NCBI RefSeq assembly: GCF_011745625.1
Contig: NW_027191454.1
Span: 310,001-374,000, forward strand
Length of the DNA stretch: 64,000 bases
Direction of reading: 5' to 3'
From: Cladosporium halotolerans
Taxonomy: Eukaryota
Shown: positions 1-11,104 of the stretch, piece by piece
How positions within the stretch are numbered: the first letter of the stretch is position 1
Layout: the number at the start of each line of letters is the position of its first letter
Made by a program: the position numbers and the translations under genes
Notes under the pieces: model-generated
Seen by the model: only the letters and a program-made list of their open reading frames with translations
Told to the model about the DNA's origin: nothing
Database searches by the model: none

Positions 1-316
1 CCACTCCTATTAACTCGTACAACATGGCTGGTGTGATGTGCTGGTGTATACGCGCCGCTCTCCCTCACAGCAAGACGATGCGGGTGATGTCCAAAGATTG
101 CGGCTAGCGCTCGGGAGAGATCTGATAATCTTATCTCGACGACGCTCGGCTTTCCGGTTCGCGCCCTACGAATTGGGTTATGTCATCCCCGAGGTCGCGC
201 GCGCTCGCTTGCATGCGCTGCGATTGGACTCTGGGAGATCCTTCGAATAACTCTACTTGTTACTTTTCGACTACACACTCACACAATATTCCTATACCCG
301 CATCTTTCCGCACACA

Positions 317-950
317 ATGGCTTCCGCAGCAGTCGCAGGGCGCGCCTTCGCCCGTTCTCTCACTTCTCAGAGCTTCGCCCGCTGCGCCAGACCCCAGGTG
401 CTGCGCCTGAGAGCTCCCGCGAGCAGGACATTTGCTGCCAGCGCAAGAGGTTTGTGCTGGATCGTGGAGCTCAAGAGTACAAGGAGCTAAAAACTTGCTA
501 CAGCATTCGAGAAGAAGTACACCGAGGACCACGAATGGATCGAGCTTTCCTCCGACAAGAAGACTGGTACGAACCCACCCCACGACAACTTCTGCGACTT
601 GCGCGACACCGACCTAACAAGCCACAGGAACCATTGGTGTCTCCGCCTACGCCGCTAAGGCCCTCGGCGATGTCGTGTACGTCGAGCTTCCCTCCGTTGA
701 CCTCGAGGTCAGCGCCGGCGAGTCCATTGGTGCGGTGGAGTCCGTTAAGAGCGCCTCGGACATCATGACCCCGGTCAGCGGCAAGATCGTGGAGGCCAAC
801 GCGGTGCTCGAGGACAAGCCCGGCACCATCAACCAGAGCCCTGAGGATGAGGGCTGGCTGGCGAAGATCGAGGTCGCGGACGCTGCTGAGATTGAGGGTC
901 TAATGGATGCGGAGGCATATTCGGCTTTCACGGAGCAGGCCGACAGCTAA
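317..950 (+). CDS. GCV3: Glycine cleavage system H protein, mitochondrial (exons 317-449, 504-566, 628-950)
   Basis: Spliced product has an Arg/Ala/Ser presequence, then KKYTEDHEWI, GTIGVSAYAAKALGDVVYVELP, ESVKSASD (lipoyl-Lys motif) and INQSPEDEGWL. Introns are GT..AG. Confidence 0.95.
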
Positions 951-1317
951 ACGCAGAACATGATTTGGACGCAAAATGCAATTCAACTTGTATGTACTAG
1001 TCACTTGCGGCTGTGCAGAGGTGTTGCCACCCGTGCGTGGGACGAGATGATGCGCAGTAATGAGGGTTCGTCACGGTATCGGGCTTCGAAGAATCGCCGT
1101 CGACGACAGGCAATGGCATCGGAAATACAAGGAGCGAAATGCCAAAAAGGTAGACACGCCTACTGTCAATCGAAACCGAGTTCAATGAGAACATTTGGCT
1201 GCTGTCACGCGTCGCTCACATGCACATTTTACCGCATTCCATAAGAGTCTAGCGCTATTGACAATTGGCACATGCTCACCTCCCTAGCCAAACCATCTCC
1301 AATCTGTCCGACTTCTA

Positions 1318-2441
1318 TCAGTGCTTCAACCCCGTCGAGTTCGCAAACCGATCAAACCTAAAATTCTCCAGCGCCGGATCCGCCTCCCCCTTCAAAATCT
1401 GCCTGCTCAACAGCTCACCCACAATAGCAGCATTAGTAACACCCGAATGCATAACCGCAATCGTAATCCCCTTCAACCCCTCCACCGGCCCCAGAATCGG
1501 CAACCCATCCCTCGGATCCGGCCTCGTGCCAATAGTATAATAATCAAAATCCAGCTCCTCGCCGCCCACGAGCGAAGCCTGGACTTGAGCAAAGAGCTCG
1601 TCGGCNNNNNNNNNNCGGCCGTCTTCTGCGGATCGTCGCCAACGTCTCCCCCAGTGTAGTCCGCGCCGGACCGGATGCGGCCCTCGAGCGCCGTCTGCCG
1701 CATGTGCAGGTCTTTGGCGTTGATCAGCGCGGAGAGGTAGGGTTTGCTCGTCGGCTTGGAGTTGACTAGCATTCCGTCGCGGCCGTCCAGCGGGAGTTCG
1801 ATGCCTTCGGCGGCGAGGAGGGGCACGCTACCTAGGCCAGCGGCGAGCACGACGTGGTCGGCGGAGATTTTTTGGCCAGAGGAGGTCAGGACGCCGCTAA
1901 TGGTGCTGTTGCTGGAGTGGAGGAAGCTCCCGACGGTGTCTTCGATGAGCGTGGCGCCGAAGGTCTCCTCGGCGTGCGCGGTCAACATCAGCGCGGCCTC
2001 AGCGGCCTCCAGCGTGCCCTCGTCGTAAGCGTACAGGCCCCAGTCCGGAACCTTGGACTTGTCTAGCGATGGCTCCATCTCCTTGATCTCCGACCTCTCG
2101 ACACTTGCGATTCCATAGCCCCACGCAGAATGGTTCTCAAGGTATTCGTTCAGCTCCGCATCCTCCATATTCCAGTTCAGCGAGCCGTCCCAGCGCAGGG
2201 GCAAGCCGGGGACTTCGTCCGCAATCTCGGCCCAGTGCTTCATTGAGCGGTAACGGAAGTCGTAGTAGAATTTCGGGTTGTCGTATGCGGCGTTGATCCA
2301 GGCGAAGCTGTTTGGCGTGGCGACGCCACCGAATTTGTCGGCCACGACGGTCACGTTGGCATCGTGCGCGAGGTGCCAGGCGATGGAGCTGCCGACGATG
2401 CCGCCGCCGATCACGACGACGTTGGGGCTGGCGACGGCCAT
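1318..2441 (-). CDS. FAD-dependent oxidoreductase, DAO/glycine oxidase family (intronless; interrupted by an N gap)
   Basis: N-terminal VVVIGGGIVGSSIAWHL dinucleotide-binding motif, ATPNSFAWIN, ADHVVLAAG, and C-terminal RPDPRDGLPILG...MHSGVT. The frame shifts at the N run 1606-1615. Confidence 0.85.
1606..1615. other. Assembly gap (10 N)
   Basis: Literal N run; both flanks carry CGGC, suggesting a 4-nt overlap rather than missing sequence. Confidence 0.95.
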
Positions 2442-3179
2442 GTTTGACGTGGCTGGGGACTGTATTGCAGTTGTGATAGCAGTTTGGAAGGGGAAGTCAC
2501 TTGAGGGATTGAGCGGGAGAGGAAGCTGCTGGTCTCCTGCGAGGTTTGCCATATTTATGGATTCGGCGGATTCGTCTCCCTGGCAGTTGGCGACTCGGAG
2601 CTGCAAATCCTTACCCTTGATTGCTGAATACTATGCCCGAGAGGTTGGCCGCTCCGGTGTGGGTGTGTTTCTTGCCCGAACTGACAATCAATGGGGCACC
2701 GAGCAGCACTTTCGAATGCCCATCTCACTTCCCGGCAGATACGATGTTACAATTCGCTCTTTCAAATATAGTGAATGAACCAAATGTACGTAGTGAGCTT
2801 GGCTTCTATCCCTAATGGAGCAGGTAGAGTCGTCCGTAGTCTCTCTTGGCCTGTATGAGTGAAAATGCCAAGATAGAAGTGATAGCGAGGGAGTAGTTGA
2901 TATCCTCTCAACGGCAATCCATCCCCGCACGTTAGCAAGCTCAGGACAGGCGTCAAATGCAACTAAAGCTTCCCATGCCGTGATCAGCACAAGGCATGCG
3001 CCATGACTCGGATACCTTGATGGCTTGGCGGCCGATAGTCCCGCAATAGCAGGAAGGTCCAGTCGGAGCCTGCCTATCGTTGCGAAATACCAAGAATGTC
3101 GTGTGGACGTTGCAGAGAAGCGCGTTGTGTTTATTGTGAATTATTGTACTGTTAGATGTTATACAGGCACGCGTCGTGT

Positions 3180-5238
3180 TCATATTCTCGTGACGTCCAC
3201 CCGAGCACGCTCAAAGACGTTGTGGCCCAATACTTCCGCTTCACGCTCTTCGTCTGATGTAATTGTTCGAGTAGTCAAATTCATGGCGGCGAATGTACCA
3301 GGACCGCGACGCTTGGACAGCGTGCCTGGATTAATGCAAAGGACGGAGTCCACGACCTGAGAAATTATTAGCGACCTGCGATCTTTAAATGAGAACAGGT
3401 ATTCGAGAGCCTACCTTGGCAAAAGGTGTGAGTGTTGAGGGCAGAATAAGTACGTCCGGGCGTACTGTAAGCCATTCAGCAAGCTTCAGGTACGCAATGT
3501 CTAGACTAGCGCCGATAGGTTGCCGCTCGTCCTGGCCTGGGGCAGGGACTTCGCCCGGGATAGGTGCAAGCTTCGGCATGCTGTCCTGACCCTGAGCCGG
3601 GAAGACAGGAAAGTAGTGTCTTTGATCAATAAGATGGCCGCTCAGGCGGGCAAGCAGATCCTCGTTGAAGCTAGCGCCAGATTTTCCAGGTGCGTAGACA
3701 TTCTCGCGGCGCAGTTCAGAGAGGATGTCTTGGCTTCCAATGCCAAAGACAACTTCGTTGAAGGAGAGGGTGACTGGGTTGGTGACGATCTGACACTGCT
3801 TGGGCAGGCCGAGCGACGGTCGATGCAGGCGATCTTGAGGGAAAGAGACGTGCTTGCTAATGACATCACGAAGAGAAGGAACCATAACAATTGTGATAGT
3901 TGGGTGTGACTGAACCAGACGTTGGATGGGCACAGCAATGAGAGCTTTGAAAACATCCAGTAATGTTGCGGTATCGGGATTGAGTTTAGTGCCCGGAGGT
4001 AGGTGGTCTTCCAGGTCGCCTGACGCGAGGAGAGGATGCTCCAAGTCGAGGAAAGGTCCAGTCATGATCAGTACATCTGGACGCTGCGTGGCCGCCTGGG
4101 AGAGCAAACTGTGGAATGCCTCAAAAGAGAGGTCGGTCTCAGGAGTATAAGGGCCACCAGCAATGATGTAGCTGAGCGGTCGCATCTCACCACTTGCATC
4201 TGTGAGACGCTCATTGTGGATCTCAAGTTCTGTAGGAGTCGATGCTGCAGGCGATAGGAGCGGTAGAGGCAGAGTTTCCGACACCGCAAAGTATTCACCG
4301 CTCACGTTCGTACCACGCAAAGCGACAATCTTTCCGGGAAAGAGGTCGTAGCCAATACCATTCTCAAACTTGAGAGGAACACGCATACCAGCTCCCATAC
4401 GTCGACTCGTCTCTAGCACCACAGAAGCCGCGTTGAGCTTCCCGTTCGGCTGATCACAGGCTATCCGGCCGACTGCCACGATCTCAGAACTCGACTGCGC
4501 CGCAGGGTTGCCAAAAGCTGAATCCGGAAGCTTGTGGTGCTCTTGTACAAGCTCTGTGAAGGTGTCTATCCTGTCGTCCAGAATCTCGGATGCAGAAGAT
4601 AGCTGCATAGCCATTGGCTTGTACGCGAATTTTGAGAGCTCGGTGTTTGCCTTCAGCTTGACTCGTACTTCAGTATGTTGTACTTCTGGCGTAGATGCAG
4701 CCGGAATGTGGGCATTGAGGGTCTCCATGATGTGTCCAGCATTTTGGCGGTCCGCAAAGCTCGCAGTGGTAGACGTACCATCTCGTGTGGGTATGGGCGT
4801 GGGAGAACTGTGGATGCCATTCTTGGCTGCTTTCGATACTGGCGTCTGAGCCTCACCAGGCTTTCTCTTAGCACTTCCAACGCTTCTCGGTGTGGTCGAT
4901 ACAACGCCTCCAAGCATGTCGAACATGTCTCCACCGCTCACGCCAGCTCTGGGCGTTGCGGCCATAGTCTTCCTGGGCGCAGCATGTTGGCCCTTTGATC
5001 GTGTTTCTCGTTCCAGCGTGTCTTGCAAGTCCTTCTTGAAGTCTTTAACAGTCTTATACTCCAGCTTCGTGTTCTCTGTGCCCATCTTCAGAACGTAAGA
5101 CTCCCATTTGTAGAAGAGTTCCTGCGGGTCAATGGACAGCAGGCGGGTGATGGAGAGGAGTTCATGAAGAACATCTTGTGTTATGTTAGGGTTCGACGAA
5201 GCGAAGAGCTCTCTGATCTGTGTTTCCGTGTCGGCCAT
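3180..5238 (-). CDS. POL12: DNA polymerase alpha-primase B subunit (exons 5238-3415, 3356-3180)
   Basis: ELFYKWESY N-terminal domain, VAVGRIACD, LFPGKIVALRG, AGGPYT, PDVLIMTGPFLD, PDVLILPS; last exon VVDSVLCINPGTLSKRRGPGTF. Confidence 0.93.
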
Positions 5239-5311
5239 TGCTGTGTGTCGTGGTTTCGTTAGTTGTCGCAGCGTGTAGTCCAACGCCGAATTATTATGGC
5301 GGACCAGAGTA

Positions 5312-5353
5312 ACGCGTTGCGGGTGACGCGACGTGCGGCGCCAATTTGACGCG
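5312..5353. promoter_or_regulatory. MCB-like cell-cycle elements upstream of POL12
   Basis: ACGCGT at 5312-5317 plus two GACGCG copies (5325-5330, 5348-5353) within about 120 bp of a replication gene start. Confidence 0.55.
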
Positions 5354-5368
5354 CATGGCGAAGCCGCC

Positions 5369-5387
5369 AAACCCTAACCCTAACCCT
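5369..5387. repeat. Short interstitial telomeric repeat / telobox (AAACCCTAACCCTAACCCT)
   Basis: About three TTAGGG units on the minus strand, in the POL12/CRAL-TRIO divergent promoter. Confidence 0.7.
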
Positions 5388-5763
5388 TCATTTGACCTCG
5401 CTTCCTCGCCGCTTTGCTCGCTTCTTCACGCCCGGTACGAGTGCGAAGCCGAAGCCGCTTTCGCCTTATGCTTGGCGGGGTCTCGCGTTGATCGTCGCGA
5501 TCAGACCAGGCCAGGCCAGTTTTATGCAGGATCCCGCGTGTTGCGTGTGTCAATGCGACTTCTGTGAGCCGCCCCTCTTGCGTCAAGTACAAGTACCTTG
5601 TCACGCCCTCCAATATACCCGTCACTATTTCCTCCGCTCCAGCCTCAACAACCCGAGAGACCCTCCTCTACCGTACGAGAGGCGAGTCGTCCGCGGAGCT
5701 ACTGCTACTTCGCCCGTTGAGTCTAGCGTTCGCGTGGAAAGCATATTCTCAACACCCAGCGAC

Positions 5764-6954
5764 ATGGCCGATCTCCCTCAGAAGCCCGACAATGTCGGTC
5801 AGTCGGCATCCCGGCCAGAGTCCTTCCGGTCCGCCGCCTCACAGCCCGCAACGTCAGAGACTCCAGCAACCTCGACGCAGAGCACAGTCGCCGGCGCCGA
5901 AAGAGACGAGGAGCCGCAAGAATGGACAGCACCTACGGACGGCCCATTGAAAACTCCCATACCTGTACCAGCGCCTAATGCCAAACCGCGTGAGCCGGCG
6001 CCGCTGTCTCCCGAGCAAGAGACCAAGTATGCTACGGTCCTCGCGCAGGTCTCGCAATGGCAGACGCTGCCCACGAGCACAGCCAAGAACGCCCCTCAAG
6101 CGCCCATAGCCGACCACGAGCGCATGTGGTTGACCCGCGAGTGTCTCCTGCGCTATCTCCGTGCAACGAAATGGAAGACCCCAGACGCCCTTCGCCGTCT
6201 GCAATCGACGCTCAGCTGGCGCAGGGAGTACGGTGCGGACACGTTCACGTACGATTACATCTCGCCGGAGAACGAGACTGGCAAGCAGGTCATCCTTGGT
6301 TACGACAATGACGCCCGCCCTTGCCTGTATCTCAGTCCTGGCAAGCAGAACACCAAAATGTCCGACCGCCAGATCCACCATTTGTGCTTCATGCTTGACC
6401 GCGTTATCGACATGACTCCTGCTGGCCAGGAGACCACCGCCCTCCTTATCGACTTCAAAGGCGCCGCTTCCGGCAACGTACCTTCGTACGGCCAGGCAAA
6501 GGCCGTCCTTAACATCCTCCAGAACCATAACCCTGAGCGCCTCGGTCGCGCGCTGATCACCCAGATGCCCTGGTATGTGAGCACATTCTTCAAGCTCATC
6601 AGCGGCCTCATCGACCCCGTGACAAGAGAAAAGATGAAGTTCAACGAGGACCTGCGGCAGTGGGTTCCTCCGCAGCAGCTCTGGAAGATTCACAACGGCG
6701 ACCTCAACTTCGAGTACGATCACGCCGCATACTGGCCTGCCCTGAAGGCTGAGACGGACAAGCGGAGGGAGAAGTACAGGCAGCGCTGGGAGCTGGCTGG
6801 CAAGAGGATCGGCGAGTACGAGGATTACCTCAAGGGCGGCAACTCGAAGAGCTTGGGACAAGTGCTTGAGGAAGCCGGCGGTGTCGCGGACGAGAAGACC
6901 GCCAAGTCTGATCCCGATCTCGTAGCGGCTGAGGTCGGCAAGCTGTCGGTTTAA
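5764..6954 (+). CDS. CRAL-TRIO (Sec14-like) lipid transfer protein, Pdr16/Sfh3-like
   Basis: WLTRECLLRYLRATKW, ENETGKQVILGYDNDARPCLYL, LQNHNPERLGRA, IDPVTREKMKF. Confidence 0.9.
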   Translation: MADLPQKPDNVGQSASRPESFRSAASQPATSETPATSTQSTVAGAERDEEPQEWTAPTDGPLKTPIPVPAPNAKPREPAPLSPEQETKYATVLAQVSQWQTLPTSTAKNAPQAPIADHERMWLTRECLLRYLRATKWKTPDALRRLQSTLSWRREYGADTFTYDYISPENETGKQVILGYDNDARPCLYLSPGKQNTKMSDRQIHHLCFMLDRVIDMTPAGQETTALLIDFKGAASGNVPSYGQAKAVLNILQNHNPERLGRALITQMPWYVSTFFKLISGLIDPVTREKMKFNEDLRQWVPPQQLWKIHNGDLNFEYDHAAYWPALKAETDKRREKYRQRWELAGKRIGEYEDYLKGGNSKSLGQVLEEAGGVADEKTAKSDPDLVAAEVGKLSV

Positions 6955-7587
6955 TCTGCCCTGTTCCGGACAGAAACGGGCGCTACATGAATCTGTATAG
7001 CACAAGCAGGAAGAGGCCCGAATAGACGCATGCTCGGTATCAATACCGAACCTTTGGCTGGTGGGATCGCGTCTTTCAGGGCTGGGAAGCACCATCACGC
7101 ATCACAGAACAGAGGGTTGCATTCGAATATGAGGTTCTTTCAACTGGGCTGTTTTGAGTATTTGTGCAAAGCGACGGCGGTTGTGCTTGTTCTACTCGAT
7201 CGCAGTTGTTCAACAGATAGAAAAATGCATCCAAGGCGAATTGGGGCTTTTGACAGATCTCTCTCTTGTTACCCTCACTGCTAGATACGTCGGTCGTGTG
7301 TTGATACTGTTAGAATCAAAGTCAAGAAGTGTCTAACCTTAATCAGCCCAAACTATGACCATCGGTGTTATCATATCGCAGGCCATCGAACACCACGGTC
7401 GCTCGCAGTACACCGATCATTTACCGTACGGCTGCCATGACTTTCACACCAGCAAAATGCCTGGAGGAACTTTGTTTTTTAGTACAACTGTGATATATTC
7501 ATCGCGTGTTCGAAAGTTGGAAGAACCCGACGCGTTCTATTAAGGTACATATATCACACTCTCCGGGTGCTTATTCGGTTTCGATAC

Positions 7588-7972
7588 GATAAAAGGTAGC
7601 ACTCCATAATTGCGTTCTTGCCCCTTCGGACAATAGCGGTTCCCAAAGATAACTTGATTACAGAGTCTCACAGACCTCGATTTTCAGGTAAGAGATGGAT
7701 GCATTATCTGAAGATATTTGTACATATAAGCATCGAGTAAAGATCAAGCGCACCCCAGAAGTGGGTCCACCACATGGAGCGTGGGAGCCACGCGCTTACG
7801 TTTATCTTCCTAACCCTTCAACCTTATCTCTTGGCCATCTCGTTTGGGAGCAACAAGACCGCCGCCGTGCCTGTTCTGCATGCCTAGTACTTACTGCTCA
7901 ACCTTAGTGGCCGTTCAACCCGGTGCAGTCGCTCTTGGTTCCACACATTCGACCCTTACGCGTGCCTTATCA
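7588..7972. promoter_or_regulatory. Cluster of GATA sites (AreA/NIT2-type) upstream of the urea transporter
   Basis: GATAA/TTATC at 7588, 7648, 7704, 7802, 7824 and 7967. Confidence 0.6.
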
Positions 7973-8250
7973 GCTTGGAGGTCTCCGAGGCGGCGATGTC
8001 GATATGTTGAAGACAACGCGCGCCAATGGTTGTCCTGGAATAGCCAGGTCCGATGTCGCGTTCAGATGTCATCCTCTGTCTCAACTTGGCGAAGGTGAGG
8101 ATTGATCGGCGTCATGGCCGGCCAGAAAGAGCCGGCACAGTTGTTGCCGTGCTTGACGGCAAAATGGGATTGTCCATATATCGGACCCCAGCGCCTCTTC
8201 GCGATTGCATGCAGCCGGCGGTCGTCTAGAAAATCTCTATCAAATTCACC

Positions 8251-10572
8251 ATGAGTACAGGAGAAGCTATCCTGCCTGTTGGCGTTGGGTAAGTGACCGA
8301 CCCTCGATCAACTTTCAACACGAGCTTACACATGAAACGATCAGATATGGCCTTACCATCGCCGTTGGCTTTCTCTTTGCGCTTCTCATGGTCGGAATCA
8401 CCTGGAGCTTGAAACGGTACAGCCATGAGCAACAGACGTCCGAAGAGTTCACTACGGCAGGCAGATCACTCAAGTCAGGTCTAGTGGCCTCAAGTGTCGT
8501 CTCTACATGGACGTGGGCAGCGACGTTACTACAGTCGACTAGCGTGACGTACCAGTATGGGATTTCGGGTGCTCTTTGGTATGCAGGAGGTGCCTGCGTT
8601 CAGATTATCCTCTTCGCAACTCTCGCTATCGAATTGAAACGACGCGCTCCAAACGCCCACACGTTCTTGGAAGTTGTGAAGGCCAGATACGGCGCCATTA
8701 CGCACGGCGTCTTCATCGTCTTCTGCTGCTTCACGAATATCCTCGTCACTGCCATGCTTCTCACAGGTGGTGCTAGTGTCATCGAATTCCTGACCGGGGC
8801 CCCAACTTCGGCCACTGTCTTCCTCTTCCCAATCGGCGTGGTCATTTACACACTGCACGGCGGAATCAAAGCCACCTTCATCACCGACTACATTAATACC
8901 CTGGTCTTCCTCATTATCATCTTCTCGTTTGCGTTTACCACGTACGCGACCAACGACATCCTCGGGTCCCCAAGCCAGCTTTGGCAAATCCTCACAAACC
9001 TGGCAAGCGAGAGGCCCCTCAGCGGCAACGCTGGAGGCAGCTATCTCACTATGCGATCTCAAGGAGGAGGCGAGTTCTTCGTGATTAATCTGATCGGAAA
9101 CTTTGGGACTGTCTTTTTGGATAATGCCTACTACAACAAAGCGATCGCTACATCACCTGTTCATGCGCTGCCTGGCTACGTGATGGGAGGACTCAGCTGG
9201 TTTGCAGTGCCATGGGTAAGTGCGACTCAGAAAAAGGCTGCTGATTGTTGCATCGTCACTCTCTGCTTCCAGTGAGATACTGACGACTGAACAGGTCACT
9301 GCCACTTGCATGGGTCTCGCTGCTTTGGCGCTGGAGGGTTACCCTGTTTGGCCAACATACCCTGAGCGTATGCTCGACGCAGATGTGACGGCTGGATTAG
9401 TTCTGCCGAACGCAGCAGTTGCTATGCTGGGCAAAGGTGGCGCTGTCGCTACTATTATACTTGCCGTGAGTCGTGCCAGGGTCGGAGATCCAACCCCAAT
9501 GCTAACGCAAGACACAGTATATGGCCATCATGAGTACTTACTCTTCGGAGCTGATCTCAGTCTCGTCTATCTCGGCGTATGATATTTACAAGACGTATAT
9601 CAACCCGAAAGCAACTGGCAAGCAGTTGATGCGCATCAACTATATCAGCATGTAAGTAATGCCAGACTGCTTGACCCAATCGATGAGACCATTAGATGGC
9701 TGACACCGTTCGCTTTGAACAGGACTGCCTTCGCTCTATTCATGGGAGGTTTCGCAACCATGCTCTACTACATTGGCGTCGGCATGGGATACCTATACCT
9801 GCTCATGGGCGTCATCATCTCATCCGCCGTGGTACCCGCTACATTGACACTCGTCTGGTCCGGCCAGGTAAGTCTCGAAAAGGAGCAACATCACCAATGC
9901 AAGACCACAAACTGATCCATCAACCTACAGTCCTGGGCCGCCGCGACCTTCTCTCCGATCCTCGGCTTCTGCTGCTCAATGGCCTGCTGGCTGGGCACAA
10001 CCTACGCGACCGCAGGCGAATTCTCCGTCGCGACGACCGGCGCCAACACGCCCATGCTCGTGGGCAACGTTGTCGCCCTACTCTCGCCCTTCATCTTCAT
10101 CCCCATCCTGACCTACCTGCCGCCCTTCAAACCGCAAAACTACGACTGGGTCTCCATGGCCTCGATCCGCAAAGACGACAGCGCTGAAGAGCCCTTTGAC
10201 GCGCCCGCAGCGGACGAAACGCGGCAGCTGAACCGCGCGGCGAAGACGGCGCGGGTGCTCTGCGTCGTGCTCGCGTTGTGCTTCATTATCCTGTGGCCGA
10301 TGCCGCTGTTCGGGACGGGGTACGTGTTCGGGCGCGAGTTCTTCACGGGCTGGGTGGTTGTGGGGATTATTTGGCTGTTCTGCTCGTCGGGGGTTGTGGT
10401 TTTCCTGCCGCTGTGGCAGAGCAGGAGGACGATTGCGCATACGGTGAAGAGCGTATGGGCGGATGTGACGGGTAAGGGGGGCAAGAGAGGGAAGCCGGAG
10501 GTGATGCAGGGACAGTCAGTGTCGGGTGATGTTACGCCGGCAAGGGTGGATGAGAAGGCGGAGGCGAAGTAA
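8251..10572 (+). CDS. DUR3: Urea active transporter, sodium:solute symporter family (exons 8251-8288, 8345-9215, 9295-9465, 9518-9651, 9723-9867, 9931-10572)
   Basis: [78 protein letters not shown]; many TM segments; five canonical introns. Confidence 0.93.
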
Positions 10573-11104
10573 AGTGCGAAGATGTGTTGGTGGTGGATAG
10601 ATACCCTGGATTTGAGCCGCGAAAGATATGTCAGATTGTCCAAGATTGCTTTTATTGCTTATCCGACATGATATCCATGAGATTTTACGATCAAGTGACT
10701 ATATGTGGATACGTCTTTTCATTATAATTTCAAGGGGTTCTGACGTACTACGTTTTCTTGTAGACTAGAGGGACCGAACTTCTACCTAGAGAGCCTACTA
10801 TGCCACTAACCTTGAACGCGTCGTAGTCTTACAATACCTAAAAGCTTCTGAATGAGAGGTGGTTTGACTTCTGTTCTGTGACAATTCGAGCTTGATGTTA
10901 GATGTTTGCATAGCCTATGCATACATTGGTTGATACATATTTTCCTCCCTCACAACTACGTGTCCAAAATATTTACTGTACAGTGCGAAGGAAAAAGAGA
11001 TCAGCCGTCAAGGCATTATGTGTACACCATCATGACATCCGTCCGGCCGGCTTTGTCGCAGAAGCAAACCCCTTACTCCAAAAGAACAAAGTTCGATGCA
11101 CAGC

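Noticed and set aside
1473..1620. Pseudogene call for the DAO-family gene
   Set aside because: The frameshift coincides exactly with the N gap and is resolved by a 4-nt flank overlap.
5854..7098. 414-aa antisense ORF over the CRAL-TRIO gene, and similar shadows at 22073-23233, 26607-27740, 40103-40987 and 46445-47482
   Set aside because: Typical stop-poor antisense frames produced by GC-rich codon bias; no recognisable motifs.
7560..7700. Possible TPP riboswitch upstream of the urea-transporter-family gene (CGGGTGC and AACTTGAT fragments)
   Set aside because: The CTGAGA and TAATACCAGCGAAAG-type conserved segments are missing, and the GATA-rich promoter fits a nitrogen-regulated DUR3. An Rfam TPP scan would settle it.
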